A stretch of 20,599 nt of DNA from NCBI GenBank assembly GCA_050125095.1, contig JASFEA010000043.1:1-20599 (forward strand). Direction: 5' to 3'. Made by a program: the position numbers and the translations under genes. The notes beneath the pieces were generated by a model. The model saw only the letters and a program-made list of their open reading frames with translations. It searched no databases and had not been told where the DNA came from. Positions 6,231 through 14,927 of this stretch are shown one piece after another (the first letter of the stretch is position 1; the number at the start of each line of letters is the position of its first letter). The DNA comes from a bacterium (GTDB lineage Bacteria > Arandabacterota > Arandabacteria > Arandabacterales > JALGWA01).

Positions 6231-9113
6231 CTACCTGTACATCACCAGTGCCGTCGCCCGCGGCACCTTGATCTTGTCGCCCTTATACTTGTCCTTGCCG
6301 GACTTGACCTTCTCCGTGCCGGCTTCCTTCTCGTTGACGACGACGGTCCACTCACCACCCTCCGGAACCCTGAATACCTCTTCGCCGCCGTTGGGATTGA
6401 TGAGCACCATGACCTCGTTCCAGGCGTCGCCGGAGTTGCCGGCGGAGAGCACGTAGCCCACGCAGTTGGCCGGCACCGTCAGGCCGAGATCGTCATCCAG
6501 GAACCTGAGATTGGCTTCCACTTCCGCACGCGTCTTCATGCGGAAGATGGGATGGGCCTTTCTCAAGGCGATGAGACCGCGGTAGTACTCGTAGATGTCC
6601 ATGTTATCCATCTTCCACTGCCACTGTATGGCATTGACGGCGTCGGGTTTGTTATAGGAGTTGTGGTCGCCCTGCTTGGTCCTCAGGATCTCCTGGCCGC
6701 CGAGCATGAACGGTATGCCCTGGGAGGTGAAGATGAGCACCGCCCCCATCTTGACCATGCGTTCCCTGTCGCTTTCGCTGATGCGCCGGTCGTCCTTGGT
6801 GGTGATCATCAGCCTGTCCCAGAAGGTCCGGTTGTCGTGGCTGCTTATGTAGTTGATGCTCTCGGTGGGATGCATGGTGAAGTCGTTAATCGAACCCTCT
6901 ATGCCCTTCTTGATCTTATCCACGTTGATGCCCGTCTGCACGTAGCCGGGATTGAGGTCGAAGACGCCGCCCTTTATGGCGTCGCGGAAGTGGTCGTTGA
7001 AGACAGCGAACCCTTTGCCCTTCTGGGCGCCCTTATAGGTCGGGCTGATAGGCGTCTCGCCGCCCGTCCATGGCTCGCCGTGAATTATGATATCCGGATT
7101 CAGAGTCCTGAGCTCCTCTACGGCCCGGGTGATGGTCTCCATGTCCATGAGGCCCATGAGGTCGAACCTGAAGCCATCGACCTTGTATTCGGTCACCCAG
7201 TACTTGAGGGACTCGATGATGAACTTGCGCATCATGGGCGCCTCGGAGCGGGTCTCGTTGCCCGTTCCCGAGCCGTTCCAGTACGAGCCGTCGTCCTTGT
7301 ACCTGTAGTAGTAGCCCGGCACCAGGCCCTCGAAGGAGTAGATCTTGTCGGGGCGGTACTCGGCCGTATGGTTGTACACCACGTCCATGACCACCTTCAT
7401 GCCGTTGCGGTGAAGCGCGTCCACCAGCATCTTGAATTCCTCAACCCGCTTGGCGTTGTATGTCTCGGTGGCGTACCAGCCGTCGGGCGAATTGAAATGC
7501 ACGGGCATATAGCCCCAGTTGTATTGCTGCGAGAGCTCGTCGTTCTCGAAGTCCTGTATGGGCAGGAGCTGCACCACGTTGACTCCGAGGTCGATGAGAT
7601 GGTCGAGGCCCGTCTGGATGAGTTCGGGAGTCCCCGTAAGCAGCGTGCCCCTCTCCGTGAATCCCAGGTATTTGCCCTTGTTTCTCACGCCCGAGCGCTC
7701 GCCGATGGTGAAGTCGCGCACGTGCATTTCGTATATGATGGCCTCGCTTCTGTCGAAGGTCGGCGCGTCCGCGATCGGCGTCTCGTCGGTGAATATAAAG
7801 GTCCTGCCATTGTGGGCCGAGTTGCACTTCGCGTAGGGTTCTATGACTTCGCGGCCGAGCCCGGGGTCCCAGCCCTCGGCTTTGATAGTGTAATAGGTTC
7901 CCTTGGCGTCGCCTGGGAGCTTCACCTCCCATACGCCGCCTCCGGTGTACTGCATCTCGTAGCCCTTCGACCTGCTTCCCTGCTGGTATGCGTAGAGAAG
8001 CGCCGTGACCTTCGTTGCCGTGGGCGCCCAGACCCGAATAGTGGTGCTCTGCGGCGTGTAGAAACAGCCGAGCTCGGCGTCCGACTGGTATTCGGGAAGG
8101 TCCAGTATGGCGCGGTAAGTGAGGTTGGTTGGCTTGAAGCCCTGGACTTCAGCCGTGTACAGGGGGATCGGGTCGGTCCTCACGTTGAGTTCCCTGTCGA
8201 TACCGACGCCCACAAGGTACACAGAGCCCTTGCGCGGCGGCACCTCGCGGATGGCGGTTATGGGTAAGGGGTTGCCGGCCTCGTCCTTGATGGCGAAGTT
8301 GTCGGGAACCAGCGCATCCTCGGGCAGGACCGTCGAAAGCGACAGCGTGATCACGCTCTTGCCGTCTACGAAGGCGCCCAGAAGGCGCGGCGTCGTGTCG
8401 GGGACCTCGGTGAAGAGCTCTTCCTCCCCCCCCAGGATATACACCTCTTCTCCGTGGAAGGGATACCAGATGCGGTCGGGCGCGTCCTTGTCCGCCCAGT
8501 TGCCGTACTTGGGAAGCAGGCCGATCTGTGTGCCGCTCCCGTACATGGCTGGATCGACCTTGAATACGAGGCCGAAGTCGTCCTTGCCGGACGGCATGAT
8601 CTCGTTTGAGTTTTCGTCCGTCGCGTCGTCCCAGGTCCAGAGCGTCCACCCGTCATAGTCGCCGCGCGCCCTGTGGTAGTGCACGGTAATTGATCCAATG
8701 TCTTTAGTCGCCATCATGTCCTCGCCCGGCTCGCTGGTGAAAAGGTCGGGATGGCCCGAGATTATCCAGATCTCATCACCCATATCGGCCGTCCATATGC
8801 GGTCGGGTGGGTCCTTGCTGACCCACTCCTGGTATTTGGGCAGCAGGCCTATCGCGTCGCCCCTGCCGTACTCGGACTTGACTACATGGAAGATGAGACC
8901 GAAGTCATCGCTGCCCTCGCGCTCCAGCTCCTGCGAGGCCTGTCCCGTCTCGGCTTCCCAGGTCCAGAGCGTCCAGTCGCCGTACTCGCCGTCAAGGCGA
9001 TGGTAGTGCACGACCAGAATGTCGCCCTGGGAATGGGCCAGGGGTGCAAGGAGCATAAGCGCCAGCGCGAATGCCATCAGGATAGTGCCCGGCTTTCCCT
9101 GCATGTTCTCCAT
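6231..9113 (-). CDS. pulA: Secreted type I pullulanase (GH13) with two CBM41-like domains and a CBM48-like domain
   Basis: Signal peptide; two HYHRxxGxYxxWTLWTW repeats; RVWAPTA, IIYEMHVRDF, YNWGYMP and DVVYNHT motifs; catalytic GFRFDLM, HGEPW and SSHDN. AGGAGG RBS precedes ATG 9113. Confidence 0.92.
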   Translation of the reverse strand: MENMQGKPGTILMAFALALMLLAPLAHSQGDILVVHYHRLDGEYGDWTLWTWEAETGQASQELEREGSDDFGLIFHVVKSEYGRGDAIGLLPKYQEWVSKDPPDRIWTADMGDEIWIISGHPDLFTSEPGEDMMATKDIGSITVHYHRARGDYDGWTLWTWDDATDENSNEIMPSGKDDFGLVFKVDPAMYGSGTQIGLLPKYGNWADKDAPDRIWYPFHGEEVYILGGEEELFTEVPDTTPRLLGAFVDGKSVITLSLSTVLPEDALVPDNFAIKDEAGNPLPITAIREVPPRKGSVYLVGVGIDRELNVRTDPIPLYTAEVQGFKPTNLTYRAILDLPEYQSDAELGCFYTPQSTTIRVWAPTATKVTALLYAYQQGSRSKGYEMQYTGGGVWEVKLPGDAKGTYYTIKAEGWDPGLGREVIEPYAKCNSAHNGRTFIFTDETPIADAPTFDRSEAIIYEMHVRDFTIGERSGVRNKGKYLGFTERGTLLTGTPELIQTGLDHLIDLGVNVVQLLPIQDFENDELSQQYNWGYMPVHFNSPDGWYATETYNAKRVEEFKMLVDALHRNGMKVVMDVVYNHTAEYRPDKIYSFEGLVPGYYYRYKDDGSYWNGSGTGNETRSEAPMMRKFIIESLKYWVTEYKVDGFRFDLMGLMDMETITRAVEELRTLNPDIIIHGEPWTGGETPISPTYKGAQKGKGFAVFNDHFRDAIKGGVFDLNPGYVQTGINVDKIKKGIEGSINDFTMHPTESINYISSHDNRTFWDRLMITTKDDRRISESDRERMVKMGAVLIFTSQGIPFMLGGQEILRTKQGDHNSYNKPDAVNAIQWQWKMDNMDIYEYYRGLIALRKAHPIFRMKTRAEVEANLRFLDDDLGLTVPANCVGYVLSAGNSGDAWNEVMVLINPNGGEEVFRVPEGGEWTVVVNEKEAGTEKVKSGKDKYKGDKIKVPRATALVMYR
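8404..9015 (-). repeat. Tandem duplication of a CBM41 (PUD)-like domain within pulA
   Basis: Two ~100-aa units share HYHR..G.Y..WTLWTW, DDFGL.F.V, IGLLPKY..W..KD.PDRIW and LFT. Boundaries are approximate. Confidence 0.8.
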
Positions 9114-9203
9114 CCTTCTCCTCCTTGGTAAGCGGCCGTCAGGATAAGGGCCGGCAAAGACCAATTTCCGGATTAATGGGGCTTAAGAAAAGTCACCCAA
9201 GCG

Positions 9204-9232
9204 ATAATAACCCTCCCGGCAAAATCACTCAA
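9204..9232 (-). promoter_or_regulatory. Putative sigma70 promoter of pulA
   Basis: Minus strand TTGAGT (9232-9227), 17-bp spacer, TATTAT (9209-9204). Confidence 0.5.
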
Positions 9233-9323
9233 GAGATTTAACACGAGGGGCCGGCAACCCGTTCCGGCCGGTTGACGCGGCCCGGCCCGCCAGACCTTTT
9301 GCCGTGTCTGCCTTTTATTCCCT

Positions 9324-9352
9324 TTGACTTCAGGTCCGTCATGTGTAAGAAT
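9324..9352 (+). promoter_or_regulatory. Putative promoter of the alr operon
   Basis: TTGACT (9324-9329), 17-bp spacer, AAGAAT (9347-9352) preceded by TG; the -10 is imperfect. Confidence 0.35.
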
Positions 9353-9404
9353 GTGTACGTATGCTATTCTGTGCCTTTCACACCTCCAGACTTGAAGTCG
9401 AATC

Positions 9405-10571
9405 GTGATTACCTCCTCGCACATCGAGCTCAGCAAAAAGGCGTTGGAGGGTAATATCCGGTTTCTAAGGCGCAAAATCGGGAAAGACACGGTCTTCTCG
9501 TCGGTGATCAAGGGAAACGCCTACGGTCACAACATTGAAGACTTCGTCCCTCTAGCCGAAAGCTGCGGAGTCAGGCATTTCTCAGTATTCAACATTGAAG
9601 AAGCGGCAAGAGCGCACACCGTGCTGTCCGAAGAGAGCCACATCATGATTACCGGTTACATAGATGATAGAGACCTGGAATGGGTGATGACAAGGGGCAT
9701 GTCCTTTTATGTATTCGACGAGGCGAGGCTGCACGCCGCGGTCAAAGCCGCCAGGAAGACCGGTATTGCAGCGCGTGTCCATCTCGAATTGGAAACCGGT
9801 CTCAACCGCACCGGCCTGAACCGGAACGAACTCGAAGGTTGCCTCGAGATCATAGAAAAGAACCGGGACTGCATCAGGGTCGACGGAATCTGCACTCATT
9901 ATGCGGGAGCTGAGAGCATAGCGAATTTCTGGCGGATAAAGAACCAGGTAGAGGTTTTCAATGAGATCTCGGACGAGCTCAGGTCCAGGGGATTCACCGC
10001 TCCGGCTCGACACACCGCCTGCTCGGCGGCGGCCCTGCGCTACCCCGAGACGGTTATGGACATGGTTAGGTTCGGCATCGCGCAGTACGGCTACTGGCCG
10101 AGCAAGGAGACCCGGATACAGCACTTCGTCGAAGAGGAGCAGAGCGGAAAGCCGCCCAGGCGGAGTCCGCTCAAGGCCGTCCTTACATGGAAGAGCCGGA
10201 TCATGGGAATCAAGTCGGTAAGCGCCGGCGAATATGTGGGCTATGGAACCATCTACCAGGCCAGCCGCCGCCAGCAGATCGCCACCGTTCCGGTGGGCTA
10301 CTTCCAGGGATTCGCCCGCGATCTCAGCAACCTGGGCTACGTGCTGGTTCACGGCAAGAGAGCCGCGGTACTGGGTTTCGTCAGCATGAACATGATAGTA
10401 ATCGATATCACTGGCATACCGGATGCGCGTAGAGGAGATGAGGTAGTCGTAATAGGCAAACAGGGAAGGAACGAGATGAGCGTCAGCGCCTTCGGCGAAA
10501 TGAGCCGGAACCTGAATTACGAGGTGCTGGTGCGCATTCCTTCGGAGATTCCCAGGATAGTCGTGGATTGA
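9405..10571 (+). CDS. alr: Alanine racemase family PLP enzyme
   Basis: VIKGNAYGH (PLP Lys), HLELETGLNRTG, CTHYA, MVRFGIAQYG, GEYVGYG (catalytic Tyr), PVGY and NYE. Confidence 0.9.
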   Translation: MITSSHIELSKKALEGNIRFLRRKIGKDTVFSSVIKGNAYGHNIEDFVPLAESCGVRHFSVFNIEEAARAHTVLSEESHIMITGYIDDRDLEWVMTRGMSFYVFDEARLHAAVKAARKTGIAARVHLELETGLNRTGLNRNELEGCLEIIEKNRDCIRVDGICTHYAGAESIANFWRIKNQVEVFNEISDELRSRGFTAPARHTACSAAALRYPETVMDMVRFGIAQYGYWPSKETRIQHFVEEEQSGKPPRRSPLKAVLTWKSRIMGIKSVSAGEYVGYGTIYQASRRQQIATVPVGYFQGFARDLSNLGYVLVHGKRAAVLGFVSMNMIVIDITGIPDARRGDEVVVIGKQGRNEMSVSAFGEMSRNLNYEVLVRIPSEIPRIVVD

Positions 10572-10631
10572 GCTCCGGGGTATATGAGCGCGGACGAACC
10601 GGTCAGACGAAGGCAGAGAATCGGAGGTTGC

Positions 10632-11087
10632 ATGGAGCTGAAAGTCAGGCGGATAGAGAGACAGGCCGACTTCGAGAATGGATTCACCAGAGAGGATTTT
10701 ATCGAGTTCCTCTATACGCACCTCGGTAGATTCGGCGACACCAGGTCGGCGATAGAAAAGGCCGTGGATTATGCTTTCTCCGAAACCGAGGGCAAGGGCG
10801 GATTCCTGGTTACCGCTCACCTGGGCGACGACCTCGTCGGCGAAGTGGTGATAAACGACACAGGCATGGCGGAATACGTTCCCGAGCACCTGCTTGTGTA
10901 CATTGCCGTCCACGGGGATTATCGCAGCAAGGGCCTGGGCGCCCGGATCATGGATGAGACATTCAGGATGTGTGAAGGCAACGTCGCCCTGCATGTGGAG
11001 TACGATAACCCGGCGAAGCGGTTCTACGAACGGCTCGGCATGAAAAGCAAGTACGCCGAGATGAGGTATATCAAGCAGGCTGAGTGA
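10632..11087 (+). CDS. GNAT family N-acetyltransferase
   Basis: Motif A IAVHGDYRSKGLG and motif B LHVEYDNPAKRFYERLG. GGAGG RBS precedes ATG 10632. Confidence 0.9.
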   Translation: MELKVRRIERQADFENGFTREDFIEFLYTHLGRFGDTRSAIEKAVDYAFSETEGKGGFLVTAHLGDDLVGEVVINDTGMAEYVPEHLLVYIAVHGDYRSKGLGARIMDETFRMCEGNVALHVEYDNPAKRFYERLGMKSKYAEMRYIKQAE

Positions 11088-11088
11088 T

Positions 11089-12198
11089 ATGGCAACGCTG
11101 ACGATCAACATCGACCGGATACTCGGGAATATCCGCAAGCTGAATGCCTACTTGTCGGATCACGACATAACCTGGTCTCTCGTGACCAAGATGCTGAGCG
11201 GTTATCCTCCGATCCTCGAACCCCTTCTTGAGGCGCCATGCATGAAGTCGCTTCACTCGGTCGGCGACTCCCGCATATCCAATCTGCGCGTGATCAAGAA
11301 GATAAGACCCGACATCGTTACCATATATATAAAGCCGCCGGCAGTGAACCAGGCCAGGAACGTAATCCGTTACGCCGACATTTCTCTCAACACGACATAC
11401 CGCACGATTCTCGAATTGAGCAAAGAGGCAACGAGGTACGGCAAGGTGCACAGAATCGTGATCATGCTTGAACTCGGCGAACTGCGCGAAGGGATCGCCC
11501 GGGACAATGTCATAGAGTTCTACGAGAGAGTATTCCACCTCCCCAACATCCGAGTCATCGGTCTTGGCACCAATCTGGGCTGCATGTTCGGAATCGAGCC
11601 GACCTATGACAAGTTGATACAGCTCAACCTGTTCGCCCAGCTCGTGAAGGCCAGGTTCCAGCAGGACTTCGAGCTGATCTCGGGCGGGAGCTCCATCACG
11701 CTCCCGCTTTTGGGCAGGGGCAAGATCCCCCGCGGCGTCAACCACCTCAGGATCGGTGAGACAGCCTTCCTGGGAAGATCGCTGCTGACTGGGAGACGAT
11801 TCCGAGATCTCTCGACAAACGCATTCGATTTTTCAGCCGAGATAGTCGAGATAGAGAAGAAATCCTCGATGCCTGACGGGCGGATAAGCGACGCAAGCGT
11901 CGGACATGCCGTCGGGTCCGACAGGACCGTAGAGGAAGACGGACAGGAATACCGGTGCCTGGTGGACTTCGGCCAGGTGGACGTCGGACTGGATGACCTG
12001 ACCATAAAGGACAGGGGTATCAGATTCGTTGGCACCACGTCGGACATGACGGTCTACAGCCTCGGTAAAGACAAGAGGAAGTGGAAGGTAGGGAAGCAAA
12101 TGCAGTTCAGTCCCAACTACATGGCCGTCGCGCGGCTTATGAACAACAGGTATGTCGAAAAGAAGGTAGTCCGGAGCGTGCCCGGCGAGGAGCCGTGA
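11089..12198 (+). CDS. Alanine/ornithine (lysine) racemase family PLP-dependent enzyme
   Basis: LVTK (Lys34), GDSRISNL, GELREG, GTNLGC (Cys165), ISGGSS, NHLRIGE and SDM. It starts 1 nt after the GNAT stop. Confidence 0.82.
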   Translation: MATLTINIDRILGNIRKLNAYLSDHDITWSLVTKMLSGYPPILEPLLEAPCMKSLHSVGDSRISNLRVIKKIRPDIVTIYIKPPAVNQARNVIRYADISLNTTYRTILELSKEATRYGKVHRIVIMLELGELREGIARDNVIEFYERVFHLPNIRVIGLGTNLGCMFGIEPTYDKLIQLNLFAQLVKARFQQDFELISGGSSITLPLLGRGKIPRGVNHLRIGETAFLGRSLLTGRRFRDLSTNAFDFSAEIVEIEKKSSMPDGRISDASVGHAVGSDRTVEEDGQEYRCLVDFGQVDVGLDDLTIKDRGIRFVGTTSDMTVYSLGKDKRKWKVGKQMQFSPNYMAVARLMNNRYVEKKVVRSVPGEEP

Positions 12199-12379
12199 TT
12201 CTATATACCTGCCTCGACTGAGTGAAGCGCGTCCCGGTCAATGACGCGGCTTCTCCGGGCTGCGCCCGACGGCGATGCAGACACGAGCACGGGCGGCCGG
12301 GCCTGTTACGGGCCGGGGCGCCTGCGAGCGGCCAACAGAGGGTCGGAGGAATGAAGCGACAACGAGACATGGAGGAACG

Positions 12380-13960
12380 ATGGACACCGACAAGGGGGTA
12401 ATATTCACACGTAGGGCCTCGGGGCTCGTTCGCGAGCTCTCGTGGTTCGATGTTTTCATATTCGTGGTGGCGGGCCCGGCCGCATCCGGGGTTACGTTTT
12501 ACTCCGTCTCCACCGCGGCCGATTTCCCAGGGGCCAGCCTCCCGCTGGCCTTCCTCGTGGGGCTCGCAGTCTTCCTTCCCGTGACGCTGCTGGTGGCAAT
12601 CACATCCGCCACCATGCCCAGGTCCGGGGGCCTCTACATAGTAGTCAGCAGGGTTATGGGCCCGACTCTCGGGTACCTGAGCGCCTGGCTCCTGTTCATC
12701 GGCTACGGCATCTCCAGCGGCGTACTCGGCTACATAGTCGTGGGGCTCATGGGCTCGGCGTTCTCCACCGCGGCCCTCACGAGCGACATCGGCTGGCTGG
12801 CGAGGCTCGGCCAAATCATGCAGGCGCCGGTATGGCAGCTCGTTGGAGGGGCGCTTGTGGTGGGGCTATTCTGGCTCATCGCCTACAGGGGCATACGCAA
12901 GGTAAAGTCCATGATGCGGGCGCTGTTTTTCATACCGCTCGTCGGGACCGTAGTCGCAATACTGTGGTTTGTGTTCTCGGGAGGGCCCGAGAGCGCGGCG
13001 GCCGGCTTCAACGGCACCTGGGGCGCGGGCGCCTACCAGGCCATAGTCCAGAAAGCAGCCGAACTGGGGTGGACCCGGCACTCATTCGACCTGGGCAGCA
13101 CGATCAGCGCTCTGATCGTCGTAATATGGGCTTACGCGAGCATCACCATAATCAACTATGCGGGCGGCGAGATAAAGACTCCCAAGACAAGCATGATAAG
13201 GGGATTTACGATCGGCACGATTTTCGTCGGCGTCTTCTACGTGGTCATCGTGCAGAGCGTGTACGGCGCCTTCGGGGAGTTCATCGCTTCCTACGATTTT
13301 CTGTACGATCACCATCCGGAAGTGCTGTCGGGAATAATGGGCGGACTGGTGAAGCCCTCCGTGCCTTTCTATTTCATGGCCGTCGCGGGCAACGTGTGGT
13401 TCGGCCTTGTCGTGGCCCTCACTATCGCCCTGTGGTACGCGAACTCCATACTCCCGGGCTTCCTAGCCAATTCCAGGCTCGCCTTCGCGCTTTCCATGGA
13501 CAAGTCTTTTCCCAAGGCGCTGTCGGCGGTCAACCGGCGCACGGGTTCGCCTACCAACGCGGTCCATCTCAATGCCCTGTTCTGCTTCCTCGGCGTGCTC
13601 ATGATGATGCTCTCAGTGGACGTGATTCTCTCAATACTCACCATCACAACATTCTTTATCTTCTGGCCGTTCGGCCTCAGCGCGATGCTGCTACCCTATC
13701 ACAAACGTGAGATCTACGACCGCTCGCCGGTACAGTGGAGTCTCTTCGGGCTTCCCCTGATGACCCTGCTGGGCGGTTTTACCTTCCTGGCCGGCTGGTT
13801 CTTTATTTACCTGTCGCTCAGGAACTTCAGCCCTCCGGTGATGATGACCCTGATAGGCGTAATGCTGGCCGGAATCGTCCTGTACCTGTACCAGCAGGCC
13901 AAGAACAAGAAGGAGGGCGTGGACATAGACAGCATATATTCCCAGATACCACCTGAATGA
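12380..13960 (+). CDS. APC family amino acid/polyamine permease
   Basis: FTRRASGLVRELS N-terminus, MPRSGGLYIVVSR, GGEIKTP and SRLAFALSMDKSFP motifs, many TM helices, and a C-terminal IPPE. GGAGG RBS precedes ATG 12380. Confidence 0.9.
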   Translation: MDTDKGVIFTRRASGLVRELSWFDVFIFVVAGPAASGVTFYSVSTAADFPGASLPLAFLVGLAVFLPVTLLVAITSATMPRSGGLYIVVSRVMGPTLGYLSAWLLFIGYGISSGVLGYIVVGLMGSAFSTAALTSDIGWLARLGQIMQAPVWQLVGGALVVGLFWLIAYRGIRKVKSMMRALFFIPLVGTVVAILWFVFSGGPESAAAGFNGTWGAGAYQAIVQKAAELGWTRHSFDLGSTISALIVVIWAYASITIINYAGGEIKTPKTSMIRGFTIGTIFVGVFYVVIVQSVYGAFGEFIASYDFLYDHHPEVLSGIMGGLVKPSVPFYFMAVAGNVWFGLVVALTIALWYANSILPGFLANSRLAFALSMDKSFPKALSAVNRRTGSPTNAVHLNALFCFLGVLMMMLSVDVILSILTITTFFIFWPFGLSAMLLPYHKREIYDRSPVQWSLFGLPLMTLLGGFTFLAGWFFIYLSLRNFSPPVMMTLIGVMLAGIVLYLYQQAKNKKEGVDIDSIYSQIPPE

Positions 13961-13976
13961 GAATGGAGTTTATCTT

Positions 13977-14927
13977 ATGGCAAAGCTGTTCTTCTCGGTA
14001 GACGTTCACGGCGCGGAGAGCGTGTGGAGGAAGTGGTTGAAAGTGCCCGAGCTCTACGGAGTCGACGGTATGCTTCTCTGCGGAGACCTGACGGGCAAGT
14101 CGCTGGTTCCGCTCATCGAGCAGCCGGACGGAAAGTACAAGGCGTTTTACTTCGGACAGAACTGGGAACTCGAGCCGGGAGCCGAGGTAGCCGAGATGGA
14201 GAAGCGCATTCGTGACGCCGGGGCCTATACCATGAGATCCGACCCCGACCGCGTGGAGGAACTTAAGGACAATCCGGCGAAGGTCGAGAGCCTGATGATG
14301 GGCATGATAATCGACAGGATGAGCCGGTGGATGGAGATACTGCTCGAGACCGTGGACGTCAGCAAGGTGGACGCCATTGTGATGCCCGGCAACGACGACG
14401 ACCACGAGGTAGACGATGTGATCAAGTCGTTCGGTGACAGGGGCATTAAGTGGTGTCTCGACGGGGTACTATCTGTGCTGGGGGCTCCCATGGTGAGCCT
14501 GGACTACGTTAATCCCACACCCTGGGACACGCCCAGAGAGGACAGCGAGAAAGGCCTTTCCAAGAGAATCAGCAGGATCGTCGGAAAGCTCGATGACCCC
14601 TCGGCGGCGATCTTCAACTTCCACGCCCCGCCCCACGGGACCATGCTGGACCTGGCCCCCGAGCTCGACGCCAGCAGAAAGCCCGTGACAGTGGCCGGCC
14701 AGGTCAACTTCGTGCACGTTGGGAGCAAGGCTGTCCTGAAATCCATCGAGGAATACCAGCCCATGATCGGGCTGCACGGGCATATACACGAGTCCTCCGG
14801 GGACGACAGGGTCGGCCGCACCGTTGTGGTGAATCCCGGGTCCGAGTACGGCGAGGGCATCCTCAGGGGCTACATTCTGGACATCAAGGACTCCCGGGTC
14901 GTCAACCAGTGGAAAGTCGAGGGCTGA
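13977..14927 (+). CDS. Calcineurin-like metallophosphoesterase (Icc-related)
   Basis: All five motifs are present: DVHG, GDLTGK, PGNDD, FHAPP and HGHIHE, plus NPGS. GGAG RBS. Confidence 0.88.
   Translation: MAKLFFSVDVHGAESVWRKWLKVPELYGVDGMLLCGDLTGKSLVPLIEQPDGKYKAFYFGQNWELEPGAEVAEMEKRIRDAGAYTMRSDPDRVEELKDNPAKVESLMMGMIIDRMSRWMEILLETVDVSKVDAIVMPGNDDDHEVDDVIKSFGDRGIKWCLDGVLSVLGAPMVSLDYVNPTPWDTPREDSEKGLSKRISRIVGKLDDPSAAIFNFHAPPHGTMLDLAPELDASRKPVTVAGQVNFVHVGSKAVLKSIEEYQPMIGLHGHIHESSGDDRVGRTVVVNPGSEYGEGILRGYILDIKDSRVVNQWKVEG

Noticed and set aside
6552-8267. 571-aa + strand ORF antisense to pulA
   Set aside because: Typical GC-rich antisense shadow with no recognisable motifs.
11085-11091. Read-through or selenocysteine fusion of GNAT and racemase at TGA-T-ATG
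   Set aside because: The frames differ and both proteins look complete. Ordinary translational coupling explains it.
9582-11138. 518-aa - strand ORF antisense to alr and GNAT
   Set aside because: Shadow of two well-supported genes, with no domain signature. The same applies to 4092-5057, 12442-13710, 15035-15964 and 17573-18637.
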